64,000 nt of DNA from assembly GCA_964590905.1 (NCBI GenBank), contig CAZPYU010000008.1, positions 13,935 to 77,934 of the forward strand, in the 5' to 3' direction. The DNA comes from an uncultured Thermoanaerobaculia bacterium. Lineage in GTDB: Bacteria > Acidobacteriota > Thermoanaerobaculia > Multivoradales > JAGPDF01. The notes beneath the pieces are model-generated. The model did not search any database, was not told the DNA's origin, and saw only the letters and a program-made list of their open reading frames with translations. The position numbers were made by a program, and so were the translations under genes. Positions 1 to 10,237 of this stretch are shown piece after piece (position 1 is the first letter of the stretch; every line of letters starts with the position of its first letter).

Positions 1-157
1 GGCGCCGAAGACGACGCGCTGGCGCTGCTCGCAGAGCTTGCAGCGGCGGCAGGCTGCGGCTTCGAGCGCGAGCGCCGCCAGCGCGCCCGGCCCGTTCTCC
101 ACGTCGGGCGCTCGGCGCACCTCCTCCCAGCCCAGATCGGCCAGATAGTCGAGCAGC

Positions 158-1399
158 TCAACCGGCAGTTGCGGTAGCGGCACCACGCAGCGCTTCCAAC
201 TCGCGGGCGAAGAGGTCGACGAGCACCACGGCGAGCGCCTCCTTGCTCATCTTGGGCAGCTCGACCGAGGGGCGATCGCGGAGGAGGACGGTGACCTCAT
301 TGTCGTCGGCGCCAAAACCGATGTCGCTGCGGCCGACGTCGTTGGCCACCAGCAGGTGCACGCCTTTCGCCTCTAGCTTGCGACGCGCTTCTGCCAAGAA
401 ATCGTCGGTCTCGGCGGCGAAGCCGACGCGCAGCGCCCCCGGCGCCAGGTCGGGAAGTTGGCTCAGGATGTCGGGATTGGGCACCAGCTCGATCTCCGGC
501 GCCGCAGCCGACTTCTTCAGTTTGGTCGTCGCCACCCGAGCGGGCCGGAAGTCGGACACCGCGGCGGCCATCACCACGATGTCTGACTCACCGCAGCGGC
601 TGCGGACCGCGCTCTCCATCTCGACCGCAGTCTGCACGTCGCATCGTTCGACGCCGGCGGGAGTGGCGAGCGCCACCGGCCCCGCGATCAGCTGTACCCG
701 CGCGCCGCGGCGAGCTGCCTCGCGCGCGATCGCGAAGCCCATCTTGCCGCTCGACCGGTTGCCGAGGAAGCGCACCGGATCGATCGGCTCGAAGGTAGGA
801 CCGGCGGTCACCAAGAGCGTGCGACCCGCAAGATCGCGCCGCGACAGGCGCCGCGAGACCGCCTCGACGATGTCGGGCACCTCGGCCATCCTGCCGATGC
901 CGATCTCCCCGGAAGCCAACCGACCGACCACCGGCCCGACCAGCTCGACGTCGCGTGCCGCCAGCTCCGCGAGCCTGCTGCGCAGTGCCGGCTGCTCGAA
1001 CATGGCGCTGTGCATGGCGGGCGCGACGACGATCGGCCCCTGGAAAGCGAGCGCCGTGGTGAGCAGAAAGTTGTCGGCCAGTCCGAGCGCCAGCGCCGCC
1101 AACGTGTGCGCGGTGGCAGGTGCCACGAGCAGGAGATCTGCCCAAGCGGCGGCGGCGATGTGCAGCTCCTCGCCGCTCCCGTTCGGCGACAGGAACTCTT
1201 CGGACCAGACGGCGTGGCCACTGACCACTTCGAGCGCCAACGGGCTCACCAGTGCGTGCGCCGCCGGGGTGAGCGCGCAGCGCACCTCGAAACCGCGTTC
1301 GCGGAGCCGCCGCACCAGGTCTGGAGACTTGTAGGCCGCGATTCCGCCGCTGATGCCGAGCAGCACGCGCTGCGGCCTGCCGACGGTCGGGGCGCTCAC
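158..1399 (-). CDS. coaBC: bifunctional phosphopantothenoylcysteine decarboxylase / phosphopantothenate-cysteine ligase
   Basis: 413 aa; N-terminal flavoprotein motif LLGISGGIAAYK, C-terminal CoaB ligase region; conserved coaBC-rpoZ-gmk neighbourhood. Confidence 0.9.
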   Translation of the reverse strand: MSAPTVGRPQRVLLGISGGIAAYKSPDLVRRLRERGFEVRCALTPAAHALVSPLALEVVSGHAVWSEEFLSPNGSGEELHIAAAAWADLLLVAPATAHTLAALALGLADNFLLTTALAFQGPIVVAPAMHSAMFEQPALRSRLAELAARDVELVGPVVGRLASGEIGIGRMAEVPDIVEAVSRRLSRRDLAGRTLLVTAGPTFEPIDPVRFLGNRSSGKMGFAIAREAARRGARVQLIAGPVALATPAGVERCDVQTAVEMESAVRSRCGESDIVVMAAAVSDFRPARVATTKLKKSAAAPEIELVPNPDILSQLPDLAPGALRVGFAAETDDFLAEARRKLEAKGVHLLVANDVGRSDIGFGADDNEVTVLLRDRPSVELPKMSKEALAVVLVDLFARELEALRGAATATAG

Positions 1400-1421
1400 G
1401 GGACGGTGGAGGCTCCGCGGC

Positions 1422-1652
1422 TCAGTCGTTCGTCGCAGCCGCCGGGGGTATCTCCGCCTCGGCGCTGACCGGCGGCGGGCCGTAACTCCACTCCACGAGC
1501 TCCTGCGAGATCTCGGCCAGTGCGACGCGGCTCGGCTTGGTGCCCGCGGTATCTACTTTGGGACGGGAACCGCGCATCAGCTGCTCGGCTCGCCGCGCCG
1601 CAACCAAGATGAAACGAAACGTGCTGTCCATCCGCAACGGAATCTCTGGCAT
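1422..1652 (-). CDS. rpoZ: DNA-directed RNA polymerase subunit omega
   Basis: Internal ATG gives 77 aa MPEIPLRMDSTFRFILVAARRAEQL... typical RpoZ; the 131-aa ORF-track version carries a non-homologous N-extension. Confidence 0.85.
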   Translation of the reverse strand: MPEIPLRMDSTFRFILVAARRAEQLMRGSRPKVDTAGTKPSRVALAEISQELVEWSYGPPPVSAEAEIPPAAATND

Positions 1653-1665
1653 CGCTTCTCCGGAT

Positions 1666-2337
1666 TCAGATCGAACCGGCGGCGGCGCTCGCCCGTTCGA
1701 AGTCGACCAACAGCTCGCGTACGCGAGGCTCCATGCGACTGCGGCGACACCGTTTTTCGAGCAGGATCGCCACCAGCGTGCGCGCGGCGCTCGGAGCGTC
1801 GTCGTTGACAATAACATAGTCGTAGGCGGCGTAGCGACGCACCTCTTCGATCGCGCCGCTCAGCCGCCGCGCGATCTGCTCGCGGTCGTCGAGGGCCCGG
1901 CCCTCGAGGCGAATCACCAGCTCGCTGTGCGTCGGTGGCAGCACGAAGATCGAGTGCGCGGCCGGAAAGCGGCGCATCAGCTGCTCGGCCCCCTGTACGT
2001 CGAGATCGACCAACATGTCGACGCCGGCGGCGAGGAACGGTTCGATGGCGCTCTGCGAGGTTCCGTAGAGGTTGCCGTGCACTTCCGCCCACTCGAAGAG
2101 CTCGCCCTCTTCGATCAGGCTCTGGAAGCGCGCCGGGTCGACGAAGTGGTACTCGCGGCCGTCGCGCTCCCCCGGCCGCGGCTCGCGGGTGGTGTGACTG
2201 ACGGAGAAGCCCAGGCCGCCGTCGCCCCCAAGCTCGGCGAGAGCCCGGCCGATGAGCGTCGTCTTGCCCGCGCCCGAAGGCGCCGAGATCAGAAACAGCT
2301 CGCCTTGGATGCGCGACGGATTCGTTTCACTCGACAT
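1666..2337 (-). CDS. gmk: guanylate kinase
   Basis: P-loop SAPSGAGKTT, GMP-binding region; positioned between yicC and rpoZ as in many bacteria. Confidence 0.9.
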   Translation of the reverse strand: MSSETNPSRIQGELFLISAPSGAGKTTLIGRALAELGGDGGLGFSVSHTTREPRPGERDGREYHFVDPARFQSLIEEGELFEWAEVHGNLYGTSQSAIEPFLAAGVDMLVDLDVQGAEQLMRRFPAAHSIFVLPPTHSELVIRLEGRALDDREQIARRLSGAIEEVRRYAAYDYVIVNDDAPSAARTLVAILLEKRCRRSRMEPRVRELLVDFERASAAAGSI

Positions 2338-3211
2338 TCTGGATCTGCTCCCGAAGCTGCTCGGCGACCACCTTGGCGTCGACCACCGCCCGCGTCGTCG
2401 CGGAGTCGCGCGACTTGGCGCCCAGAGTGTTGAGCTCGCGCTGCATCTCCTGGACGAAGAAGTCGAGGCGACGGCCGTGTGGCCCCGGCTGCGCGACGAG
2501 CTCGCTCACCGCCGCGAGGTGGCTGCCGAGTCGGTCGATCTCTTCGCGCACGTCGGAGCGGTCGACGAGAAGGACGACCTCCTGCGCGAGCCGTTCCGGC
2601 GGAAGCGCTTCGGCTCCTCCCGACAGCAGCTCGTCGAGTCGACGGCGGAGGCTCTCCTCGGTCGTAGCGGCGACCAGCGCGCGCCGCTCGGCGATCCGCT
2701 CGACGATCGCAGCCAGACTGTCGAACCCGGCGCCGAGGATCACGGCGAGTCGCCCCCCTTCCTGGCTCTTCATCCTCTCCAGGTCGGAGAGCGCGGCGTC
2801 GACCGCGCCGAAGAGCGGTGCGCGCAATTGCGCCAATGCGATCGGCTCCGGGGTAACCGCCTCGACGAACGGCGAGCGCATCAGGTCGCCGAGCGAAACG
2901 GCTCTGTCCAAGGTGCCCGCCTGCACCAGATCGCGAACCTCGAGAAAAAAGCGCTCTAGGCCGTTACGGTCGACTCGGCAGAGCAGCGGAGCGCTACCGG
3001 TCGGCCGCTCGACTCGAACCAGCAGGTCGTAGCGACCGCGGCGCACCGCGGCCGCGATGCGGCTCCGCAGCTCGAGCTCGAGCGAACGGAGCTCCTCCGG
3101 AAGCCGGACCACGATCTCGACGCTGCGGTGATTCAGGCTCTGAATCGTCGCCGTGACGCGATCGTCGCCCTGGTCGACGCTGGCACTGCCGAAGCCGGTC
3201 ATGCTCTTCAT
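2327..3211 (-). CDS. yicC: YicC-family stress-induced protein
   Basis: MKSMTGFG N-terminus (YicC_N) and DUF1732-like C-terminus; start taken at ATG 3211 rather than the upstream M of the ORF track. Confidence 0.8.
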   Translation of the reverse strand: MKSMTGFGSASVDQGDDRVTATIQSLNHRSVEIVVRLPEELRSLELELRSRIAAAVRRGRYDLLVRVERPTGSAPLLCRVDRNGLERFFLEVRDLVQAGTLDRAVSLGDLMRSPFVEAVTPEPIALAQLRAPLFGAVDAALSDLERMKSQEGGRLAVILGAGFDSLAAIVERIAERRALVAATTEESLRRRLDELLSGGAEALPPERLAQEVVLLVDRSDVREEIDRLGSHLAAVSELVAQPGPHGRRLDFFVQEMQRELNTLGAKSRDSATTRAVVDAKVVAEQLREQIQNVE

Positions 3212-3263
3212 AACGCCGATCGCCCGTTCGTCGCCGTCGGTCTGGCCGCCACGCATCATCCTT

Positions 3264-5144
3264 TCATTCCACGAATTGCAGCTCGTACAGGCGTCGATAG
3301 GTTCCGGCCGCCGCCAGCAGCTCCTCGTGTCGTCCGGCCGCGACGACTCGTCCCCCCTCGAGGACGTGGATGCGGTCGGCGCGCGCCACCGTCGAGAGCC
3401 GGTGCGCCACCACCAACGTGGTGCGATCCCGCATCAGGTTAACGAGGGCGTCTTGAACGAGCGCCTCCGACTCGCTGTCGAGCTGCGAGGTGGCCTCGTC
3501 GAGGATCAGGATGGGGGCGTTCATGAGCAGCGCGCGAGCGATGGCGACGCGTTGACGCTGGCCGCCCGAGAGCCGCACGCCGGCTTCGCCGACCACGGTG
3601 TCGTACCCGCTGGCCATCTCGAGGATGAAGTCGTCGGCGTGCGCGGCTTTCGCCGCGGCTCGTACCTGCTCCAAGGGGAGGTCGGTCCGGCCGTACGCGA
3701 TGTTGTTGCGGACCGTGTCGTTGAAGAGCATGGTCTCCTGAGTCACCAGCCCGACTAGTGCGCGCAGGCTCTCGAGCGTCAGGTCGCGGATGTCGACGCC
3801 GTCGATCGTGATCCTCCCCTCCGTCACGTCGAAGAATCTCGGCAACAGGTTGACTAGCGTCGTCTTGCCTCCTCCCGAAGGCCCGACGAACGCCACCACC
3901 TCGCCGCGTCGGACCTCGAGCTCGAGCTCGGTCAGAACCTCGCGATGGTCGTAGCGGAAAGAGACGCTCTCGAAGCGAATGGACTCGGCGAACCGCTCGG
4001 CTGGGCGCGCCCCCAGCCGATCTACGATTTCGACCGGCAGCAAGAGCACCTGTCGAATCCGCTGCGCGGCGGCCAACGACTGCTGGATGACGAGGTTCGC
4101 CTTGTTGAGCTTGCGAATCGGGTCGTAGAGCATGTAGAGGTTGAGCAGGAACTCGATCAGCGTGGCTGCGTCCATGGTACCCGACTGGATCGTGCGGCCG
4201 GCGAAGACGAGAAAGAATCCCGCGCCGACGGCGCCCAGCGATTCCACCACCGGTCCGGAGAGATTGGCGAGCAGCTGCCCTTTGAGATTGACCACCAGGT
4301 GCTTGCGGGTCGCTTCGCGGAATCTCGCCTGCTCGAAGCGCTCCATCCCGAACGCCTTGACGACGCGGTGGCCGCGGGAGACCTCCGAGACCAGGTTGGC
4401 GAGGTCCGCGGTGCGCTCCTGGGCGCGATGGCTAGTACGGCGCATCCCCTTCGCAAAACGCACGATCGGGTACAGCACCGCCGGCGCGGCCAAGAGGCAG
4501 ACGAGCGCCATCCAGAAGTCGATCGAGAAGAGCAGTGCCAGGAGCCCGATGAGAGCGAACGACTGCTGGAAGAGGTCGACGAGCCGAGTCGAGATCGCCG
4601 CCTGGAGCACGCCCACGTCGTGCACCACCCGGCTCACCAGCTCGCCAGACGGGTGCTCGGCGTGGAACCGACTGCTCTGGCCGAGGGCGCTTTGGTAGAG
4701 ATCGTTGCGCAGATCGGTGGTGGCACCGAAGCCGATGCGTTGGAAGGCGTAGCCGTTGGCGAAATCGCTCGCGCTGCGCAGCAAGAAGACCAGCACGAAC
4801 AGAGCGGGAACGAAGTAGATGACGTTCTGCGGAGTGACGCCAAGGGAGTTGGCCACGTAGTCGTAGCCGTCGTGGAGGAAGCGGTGCAGAAAGAGACGTG
4901 CCGGCACCGCGGGGCTCGCGCTCGGCGATGCGCCGTCGGGCTGACTGTCGGATGGAGAGACCAGCGCCGAGACCTCGCGCGGCAATGTCGAGTCGGTGCT
5001 CCGCAGCACTTCGCTGAAGATAATGCGCGTCAGCTGCAAGAGGAGCAACGGCGTGGCGGCGTAGAGCACGGTCGAAAACGCAGCCAGCACGGCCCAGCGC
5101 CAGTAGCGCCTCAGGTAGCGCGCCAGGAAGCTGGCGAGCCTCAC
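3264..5144 (-). CDS. msbA: ABC transporter permease/ATP-binding protein, lipid A export MsbA-like
   Basis: 6-TM N-domain, Walker A GPSGGGKTT, signature LSGGQRQR; directly upstream of lpxB. Confidence 0.8.
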   Translation of the reverse strand: MRLASFLARYLRRYWRWAVLAAFSTVLYAATPLLLLQLTRIIFSEVLRSTDSTLPREVSALVSPSDSQPDGASPSASPAVPARLFLHRFLHDGYDYVANSLGVTPQNVIYFVPALFVLVFLLRSASDFANGYAFQRIGFGATTDLRNDLYQSALGQSSRFHAEHPSGELVSRVVHDVGVLQAAISTRLVDLFQQSFALIGLLALLFSIDFWMALVCLLAAPAVLYPIVRFAKGMRRTSHRAQERTADLANLVSEVSRGHRVVKAFGMERFEQARFREATRKHLVVNLKGQLLANLSGPVVESLGAVGAGFFLVFAGRTIQSGTMDAATLIEFLLNLYMLYDPIRKLNKANLVIQQSLAAAQRIRQVLLLPVEIVDRLGARPAERFAESIRFESVSFRYDHREVLTELELEVRRGEVVAFVGPSGGGKTTLVNLLPRFFDVTEGRITIDGVDIRDLTLESLRALVGLVTQETMLFNDTVRNNIAYGRTDLPLEQVRAAAKAAHADDFILEMASGYDTVVGEAGVRLSGGQRQRVAIARALLMNAPILILDEATSQLDSESEALVQDALVNLMRDRTTLVVAHRLSTVARADRIHVLEGGRVVAAGRHEELLAAAGTYRRLYELQFVE

Positions 5145-6289
5145 GCCGCTCTCCTGCGCTCGGCCAGGAGAGCGAGCACGGCATCGGCCGCCCGCTCGGT
5201 GGCACCCGGAGCTCCGAGCTTGCGGCGCAGCCCGGCCAGCTCGGAGCGCATGCGGGTGATCTGCTCGCGAGAGCGGAGCAGCTCCGCGGCGGTGGCGGCC
5301 AAGCGCTCGACGCTGGCGTCACTCTGCAGAAGCTCGGGCACCGTGCGCCCGCCGAGCACGAGGTTCACCAGACTGACGTGGGGAACGCGCACCAGCCACT
5401 TGGCGAGGGTCCAAGTCCAGATCGACAGTTTGTAGATGACGATCAGCGGCGTGCCGAGCAGGCCGGTCTCGAGCGTCGCGGTGCCCGAAGCGCTGATGGC
5501 GAGGTGGGATGCCGCGATGGCAGCGAAGCGATCCGTCTCTTCGATCTCGACCGCGAAGTGGGAGTCGCCCACGTAGCGCTCGATCTGTTCGCGTTCGATG
5601 GTCGGCGCGCGGAGGATGACGGCCTCGACCTGAAGCGATTCGGCCAGTCGCGCCAGCGCTCCGAGCATGATCGGCAGGAGCAGCTCGACCTCGCGCCGGC
5701 GCGAGCCCGGGAGGAGTGCGACGCGGAAACGAGCCGGGCTCTCGTGCTCCCCGATCCGGTCCCAGGCCTGCGGCAGGACCGGAACTTCGTCCACCAACGG
5801 ATGGCCTACGTGGATAGCATCGACGCCGTGCTGCTGGTAAAACGCCAACTCGAAGGGAAAGAGGAGCAGCATGCGGTCGACGTATTCGCGGACGATTCGA
5901 ATCCGTCCGCGTCGCCAGGCCCAGAGCTGCGGGCTGACGTAGTAGACGACCGGCACGCCCCGCCAGGAGAGCTCGCGAGCGAGCCTGAGATTGAACTCCG
6001 GAAAATCGACCAGAACCGCTGCGGCGGGACGACGCCGGTCGCACTCCGCGAGCAGGGCGTGAAAGATCTCGCGCGCGCGCTCCAAGACGCCCAGCGCCTC
6101 GCTGATGCCGACGACCGAGATTTCGCGGCTGTCGGCCAGAAGCTCGGCGCCGCTCTGGCGAAGTGCGTCCGAGCCGAGGCCGAAGGCCACCAGATCGCTG
6201 CGCCGCTCCCGGAGAGCGGAGACCAAGCGTGCGGCGTGCTGATCTCCGGAGGCCTCTCCCGCGACCACCAGGAGGTCGCTGGCACTCAT
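5141..6289 (-). CDS. lpxB: lipid-A-disaccharide synthase
   Basis: 382 aa, N-terminus LLVVAGEASGD, GT19 family features; overlaps msbA start by 4 nt. Confidence 0.85.
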   Translation of the reverse strand: MSASDLLVVAGEASGDQHAARLVSALRERRSDLVAFGLGSDALRQSGAELLADSREISVVGISEALGVLERAREIFHALLAECDRRRPAAAVLVDFPEFNLRLARELSWRGVPVVYYVSPQLWAWRRGRIRIVREYVDRMLLLFPFELAFYQQHGVDAIHVGHPLVDEVPVLPQAWDRIGEHESPARFRVALLPGSRRREVELLLPIMLGALARLAESLQVEAVILRAPTIEREQIERYVGDSHFAVEIEETDRFAAIAASHLAISASGTATLETGLLGTPLIVIYKLSIWTWTLAKWLVRVPHVSLVNLVLGGRTVPELLQSDASVERLAATAAELLRSREQITRMRSELAGLRRKLGAPGATERAADAVLALLAERRRAA

Positions 6290-6477
6290 GGAAGCTGCGC
6301 CGGAGGCCCCGTGGGAAAGAAGTACATGAGCCAGCCGAGCGCAATCGCGCCGCCGATCAGCCCGACGAAAACCTGGAGAAAGAGTCGTGCCTGCTCACGC
6401 CTCTTGCGCCGCCAGAGTAGAGCGAAGAAAAGCGCCAACAGCAGTGCGTAGAGAAACATCAGCCCGAAATGCGTCAA
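6286..6477 (-). CDS. small hypothetical membrane protein (2 predicted TM helices)
   Basis: 63 aa, two hydrophobic segments separated by a basic WRRKRRE patch; stop overlaps the lpxB start. Confidence 0.35.
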   Translation of the reverse strand: MTHFGLMFLYALLLALFFALLWRRKRREQARLFLQVFVGLIGGAIALGWLMYFFPTGPPAQLP

Positions 6478-6484
6478 CGAGCTA

Positions 6485-6881
6485 CTACTCCTTGCGTCCA
6501 GTCGCGATGTCCCAGGTGTCGAGCACGAGCAAGATGTTCATCAGCCCCGCCGAAAGCAGGAAGACGGTGCCGTACTCATATCCCGCGCCGGTGGGATCGC
6601 CTTCGTAGTCCAGTCCTCGGCGCAGCGCGAAATAGGGCACGCCCGCTCCCATGGCACCCAGTGTCGCGAGCCAGCTCAACGGCTGTCGGACGAGCGGACG
6701 GTAGAGGTTGCCCTGCAGCCGGACGCCCACGACGATCGCGGTCGCGACGATGGCCGCGAACGCGCCCGCGCGGCCGAAGCGTCGAAGCGCGAGGTGCCCT
6801 GCGGCCGGGAAGAGCCACGCCAGGAGGGCGAGCAACGCCGCTCGCCAGGGGAACCGCTCGTTCTCGCTCTCGCTCGAGCTC
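6485..6881 (-). CDS. hypothetical integral membrane protein
   Basis: 3-4 hydrophobic helices; the ORF-track frame runs to 7012 and would overlap ihfB, so a GTG near 6881 is proposed as start (uncertain). Confidence 0.4.
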
Positions 6882-6893
6882 ACGCGTGGCCGA

Positions 6894-7190
6894 TCAGTCG
6901 CCGATCCGGTTGAGCTTCTCTTTGAGCTCCTTGCCCGGTTTGAAGTAGGGAATCCGCTTGGGCGGAACCTGGACGCGGTTCCCCGTCTTCGGATTGCGAC
7001 CGATGCGGGCACCGCGGTTCCTGATCCGGAAGCTGCCGAAACCGCGCAGCTCCACTTTGCGCCCGCTACGCAAGGAATCGACGATAGTCTGGAAAACCGT
7101 CTGCACGATCTCCTCGGCCTGCTTCTTGGTGACCTCTGCGCTGCGCGAAACCTCCTCGACGAGCTTGGCTTTGGTCAAGCCGTCGAGCAT
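6894..7190 (-). CDS. ihfB: integration host factor beta-like HU/IHF-family DNA-binding protein
   Basis: 98 aa from internal ATG; RGFGSF...GRNPKTG...YFKPGKELKEKL matches the IhfB C-terminus; immediately downstream of rpsA as in E. coli. Confidence 0.8.
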   Translation of the reverse strand: MLDGLTKAKLVEEVSRSAEVTKKQAEEIVQTVFQTIVDSLRSGRKVELRGFGSFRIRNRGARIGRNPKTGNRVQVPPKRIPYFKPGKELKEKLNRIGD

Positions 7191-7225
7191 CTCCTCACCC
7201 GTCTCCGTTCCGCCGTCCGCGCGGG

Positions 7226-8929
7226 TCACTCGGTCTCTTCCGCAACCTGCTCGATCACCACCGGGCGAGCCGCCGCCTCGAGCTCGGCGATCTCCGAGCT
7301 CGAAGGCTGGGTCACGCCGCGCAGGGTCAAGCCGACCTTGCGATCGTCTTCTTCGATGCGCAGGATCCGCGCCCGCACCCAACCGCCGGACACAAACTGA
7401 TCGCCGAGCTTGCCGCTCGGAACGTCGACCTCCGAGATGTGCGCCAGACCCTCGAGACCGTCGTAGATGTCGATGAAGAGACCGAAATCGGTCACGTTGG
7501 AGACCTTGCCGGTCACCACGTCGCCGACCCGGTTGTTCTCCACGAACTCCTGCCATTCGTTGGGCAAGAACTCCTTGATCGACAGCGAGACGCGCTGATT
7601 CTCGACATCGATGTTGGTGATCCGGGCGCGAACGGTATCGCCCTTCTTGAGCACCTCGCTGGGATGCTTGATGCGCTTCGTCCAGCTCATGTCCGAAACG
7701 TGGACGAGACCGTCGATCTCCTCGGTGATCTCGACGAACGCTCCGAACTCGGTCAAGTTGCGCACTTTGCCTTCGATCACCGAACCAACCGGGAAGTGGT
7801 CGGCGAGGTCTTCCCACGGATTGCGCTCGGTCTGACGGAGGGAGAGGCTGATGCGACGCTGCGCCAGATCGAGCTCGGTCACGATCGCGTCGCTCTCTTG
7901 CCCGATCACCATCACCTTGGAGGGGTTGACGACTTTCTTGGTCCACGACATCTCGGAGACGTGGATCAGGCCCTCGACTCCAGGCTCGAGCTCGACGAAG
8001 GCGCCGTAGTCGACCAGACTGACGACCTTGCCGCGCACCCGCGCGCCCACCAGATAGCGCTTGTCGACCAGGACCCAGGGGTCGTCGCCGCGCTGTTTGT
8101 AGCCGAGCGAGACGCGCTCCGACTCGCGGTCGAACTTGAGCACCACGACTTCGACCTCGCCGCCAATCGTGAAGTGCTCCGAAGGATGGTTGACCCGCCC
8201 CCAGGAGATGTCGGTGATGTGCAGCAGGCCGTCGATGCCACCGAGATCCACGAAGACGCCGTAGTCGGTAATGTTCTTGACTACCCCCGTCATGCGAGCG
8301 CCCTCCTGCAGGCGTTCGAGCGTCTCCGCCTTCTTCAGCTCGTACTCCTTCTCGAGCACTGCCTTGCGCGAGAGCACGATGTTATTGCGCCGGCGGTCGA
8401 GGCTGATCACCTTGAACTCGAGCTCGCGACCGCGCAGCGATTCGAGGTTCTTTACCGGCTTCACGTCGGCCAGCGAGCCGGGGAGAAAAGCGCGGACTCC
8501 GACGTCGATAGTCAGCCCGCCCTTGATGCGATCGATCACGCGGCCGCGAATGATGCGACCATCGCGGAAACTCTGCTCCACCTCGGTCCAAATGCGCATC
8601 TTGGCGGCCTTCGAGTAGGAGAGCAGCACGTGCCCCTCGGCATCCTCCGTGCGCTCGAGCAGAACCTCGATTTCGTCGCCGGGCCGGATCGGGAGCTTGC
8701 CCTCGCCGTCCAGGAATTCGCTCTTCGGGATCAAACCCTCGGACTTGTAACCGACGTCGACCACGACGGCGTCGCCGGTCAGCGCGACAACGCGGCCGCG
8801 CACGATCTCGCCCTCTTTCAAGTGGCGGAGCGTCTGATCGTAGAGCGCGACGAACTGCTCGTAGGCCTGTCGATCCTCTGCGCTCGCGGTCTCGTCGAGA
8901 CCGGTGCGCTCCTTCTCCGTGACTGCCAT
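7226..8929 (-). CDS. rpsA: 30S ribosomal protein S1
   Basis: about 567 aa with six S1 repeats; start placed at MAVTEKERTG (ATG 8929), not the upstream M at 9061. Confidence 0.9.
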   Translation of the reverse strand: MAVTEKERTGLDETASAEDRQAYEQFVALYDQTLRHLKEGEIVRGRVVALTGDAVVVDVGYKSEGLIPKSEFLDGEGKLPIRPGDEIEVLLERTEDAEGHVLLSYSKAAKMRIWTEVEQSFRDGRIIRGRVIDRIKGGLTIDVGVRAFLPGSLADVKPVKNLESLRGRELEFKVISLDRRRNNIVLSRKAVLEKEYELKKAETLERLQEGARMTGVVKNITDYGVFVDLGGIDGLLHITDISWGRVNHPSEHFTIGGEVEVVVLKFDRESERVSLGYKQRGDDPWVLVDKRYLVGARVRGKVVSLVDYGAFVELEPGVEGLIHVSEMSWTKKVVNPSKVMVIGQESDAIVTELDLAQRRISLSLRQTERNPWEDLADHFPVGSVIEGKVRNLTEFGAFVEITEEIDGLVHVSDMSWTKRIKHPSEVLKKGDTVRARITNIDVENQRVSLSIKEFLPNEWQEFVENNRVGDVVTGKVSNVTDFGLFIDIYDGLEGLAHISEVDVPSGKLGDQFVSGGWVRARILRIEEDDRKVGLTLRGVTQPSSSEIAELEAAARPVVIEQVAEETE

Positions 8930-9119
8930 GAATCGAACTACCTCCTTGCAACGAGATTTGCAGGCCGTGGCCTGCGCAGACCGGGTCGGGGGGATTCTCG
9001 AACTGCTGAGCGAGGCGAGCCCGGGGGCGGGAGTATAGAAATTACCGAGAGTTGGAGTCAATCTGCCGTGAGCTAGACTCGAACGACCCGAGCAGCACCA
9101 CCCGAAGACCGAGGAGAGC

Positions 9120-10230
9120 GTGGATGGACCTCTTCGAACAGATCGCCGGCATGGGTCACGAGCGGGTGGTCCTCTGCTCGAATCCGGAGGCCGGACTGCG
9201 GGCGGTCATCGCGATCCATTCGACGCTCCTCGGCCCGGGTCTGGGCGGGGTGCGGATGTGGCCCTACGGATCGACCGAGGAGGCCGTGATCGACGCGCTG
9301 CGGCTGTCACGGGGAATGACGTACAAGGCGGCCGCCGCCGGCATCCATCTCGGCGGCGGCAAGGCTGTCATCCTCGGCGACCCCAAGCGGGAGAAGTCCG
9401 AGGCCCTCTTTCGCGCCTTCGGAGCCGCCGTGGAGTCGCTCGGCGGGCGTTACATCACCGCCGAAGACGTCGGAACCAACGCCTCCGACATGGAGTGGAT
9501 CGCGGCCGAGACGCGCTGGGTGACCGGCCTCCCTGTCGATCGGGGCGGCGGTGGCGATCCGTCGCCGGTCACGGCGCGCGGGGTACTCTCGGGGATCCGG
9601 GCGGCTGCGCAATGGCGTTGGGGATCGCCGGCGCTCGACGGCCGTTCGGTGGCGATCCAGGGGCTGGGGAGCGTCGGCGGCTATCTCGCCGGGTATCTCC
9701 AAGCCGAAGGGGCGAAGCTCTTCGGCTGCGATCTGGACTCCGACGCGGTCGAGCGGGCGCGCGTCAACTGCGGCTTGGAGAGCGTCCCTGTCGACGAGAT
9801 CTACGACGTCGAGGCCGACATCTTCGCGCCGTGCGCCCTCGGAGCCATCCTCGACCCAACTACCATCCCTCGCCTGCGGGTCGAGATCGTGGCTGGCGGC
9901 GCCAATAACCAGCTTGCGGTCCCCGAACGCGACGGCGCCGCCCTCGCGGCGCGCGGCATCCTCTACGCCCCCGACTTCGTGATCAACGCCGGCGGCCTGA
10001 TCAACGTCTACAACGAGACGATCGGCTACGTCCGCGAGCGAGCGCTGCGGATGGCCGACGGCATCTTCGCGACCGCGCTCGCCCTCTTCGAGACCGCCCG
10101 ACGGGACGGCATACCGACCTGGCTGGCGGCAGATCGGCTGGCCGAAGAGCGCCTCGCGGCAGTGCGCAAGCTGGGACCGCGGCACTGGGAGCGGAGCGCC
10201 AAACTGCGCGCCGCGGGCCTTCTGAGCTGA
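9120..10230 (+). CDS. Glu/Leu/Phe/Val dehydrogenase family protein (leucine dehydrogenase-like)
   Basis: 370 aa from MDLFEQIAG; catalytic-lysine region KAAAAGIHLGGGKAVI and NAD-binding GLGSVGGYLA typical of Leu/Phe dehydrogenases. Confidence 0.8.
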
Positions 10231-10237
10231 GGGTGCG

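Noticed and set aside
243-1334. 363-aa plus-strand ORF antisense to coaBC (plus nested minus-strand ORFs 588-1145 and 808-1221)
   Set aside because: Ser/Arg/Ala-rich low-complexity translations inside a well-conserved coaBC gene; typical high-GC artefacts.
3945-5435. 496-aa plus-strand ORF antisense to msbA/lpxB
   Set aside because: No homology, and it is antisense to two conserved genes.
5319-6344. 341-aa minus-strand ORF in an alternative frame over lpxB
   Set aside because: Extremely Arg/Gly-rich with no homology. The lpxB frame (5141-6289) is the conserved one.
7439-9076. 545-aa plus-strand ORF antisense to rpsA
   Set aside because: Antisense to ribosomal protein S1, with no domain signature.
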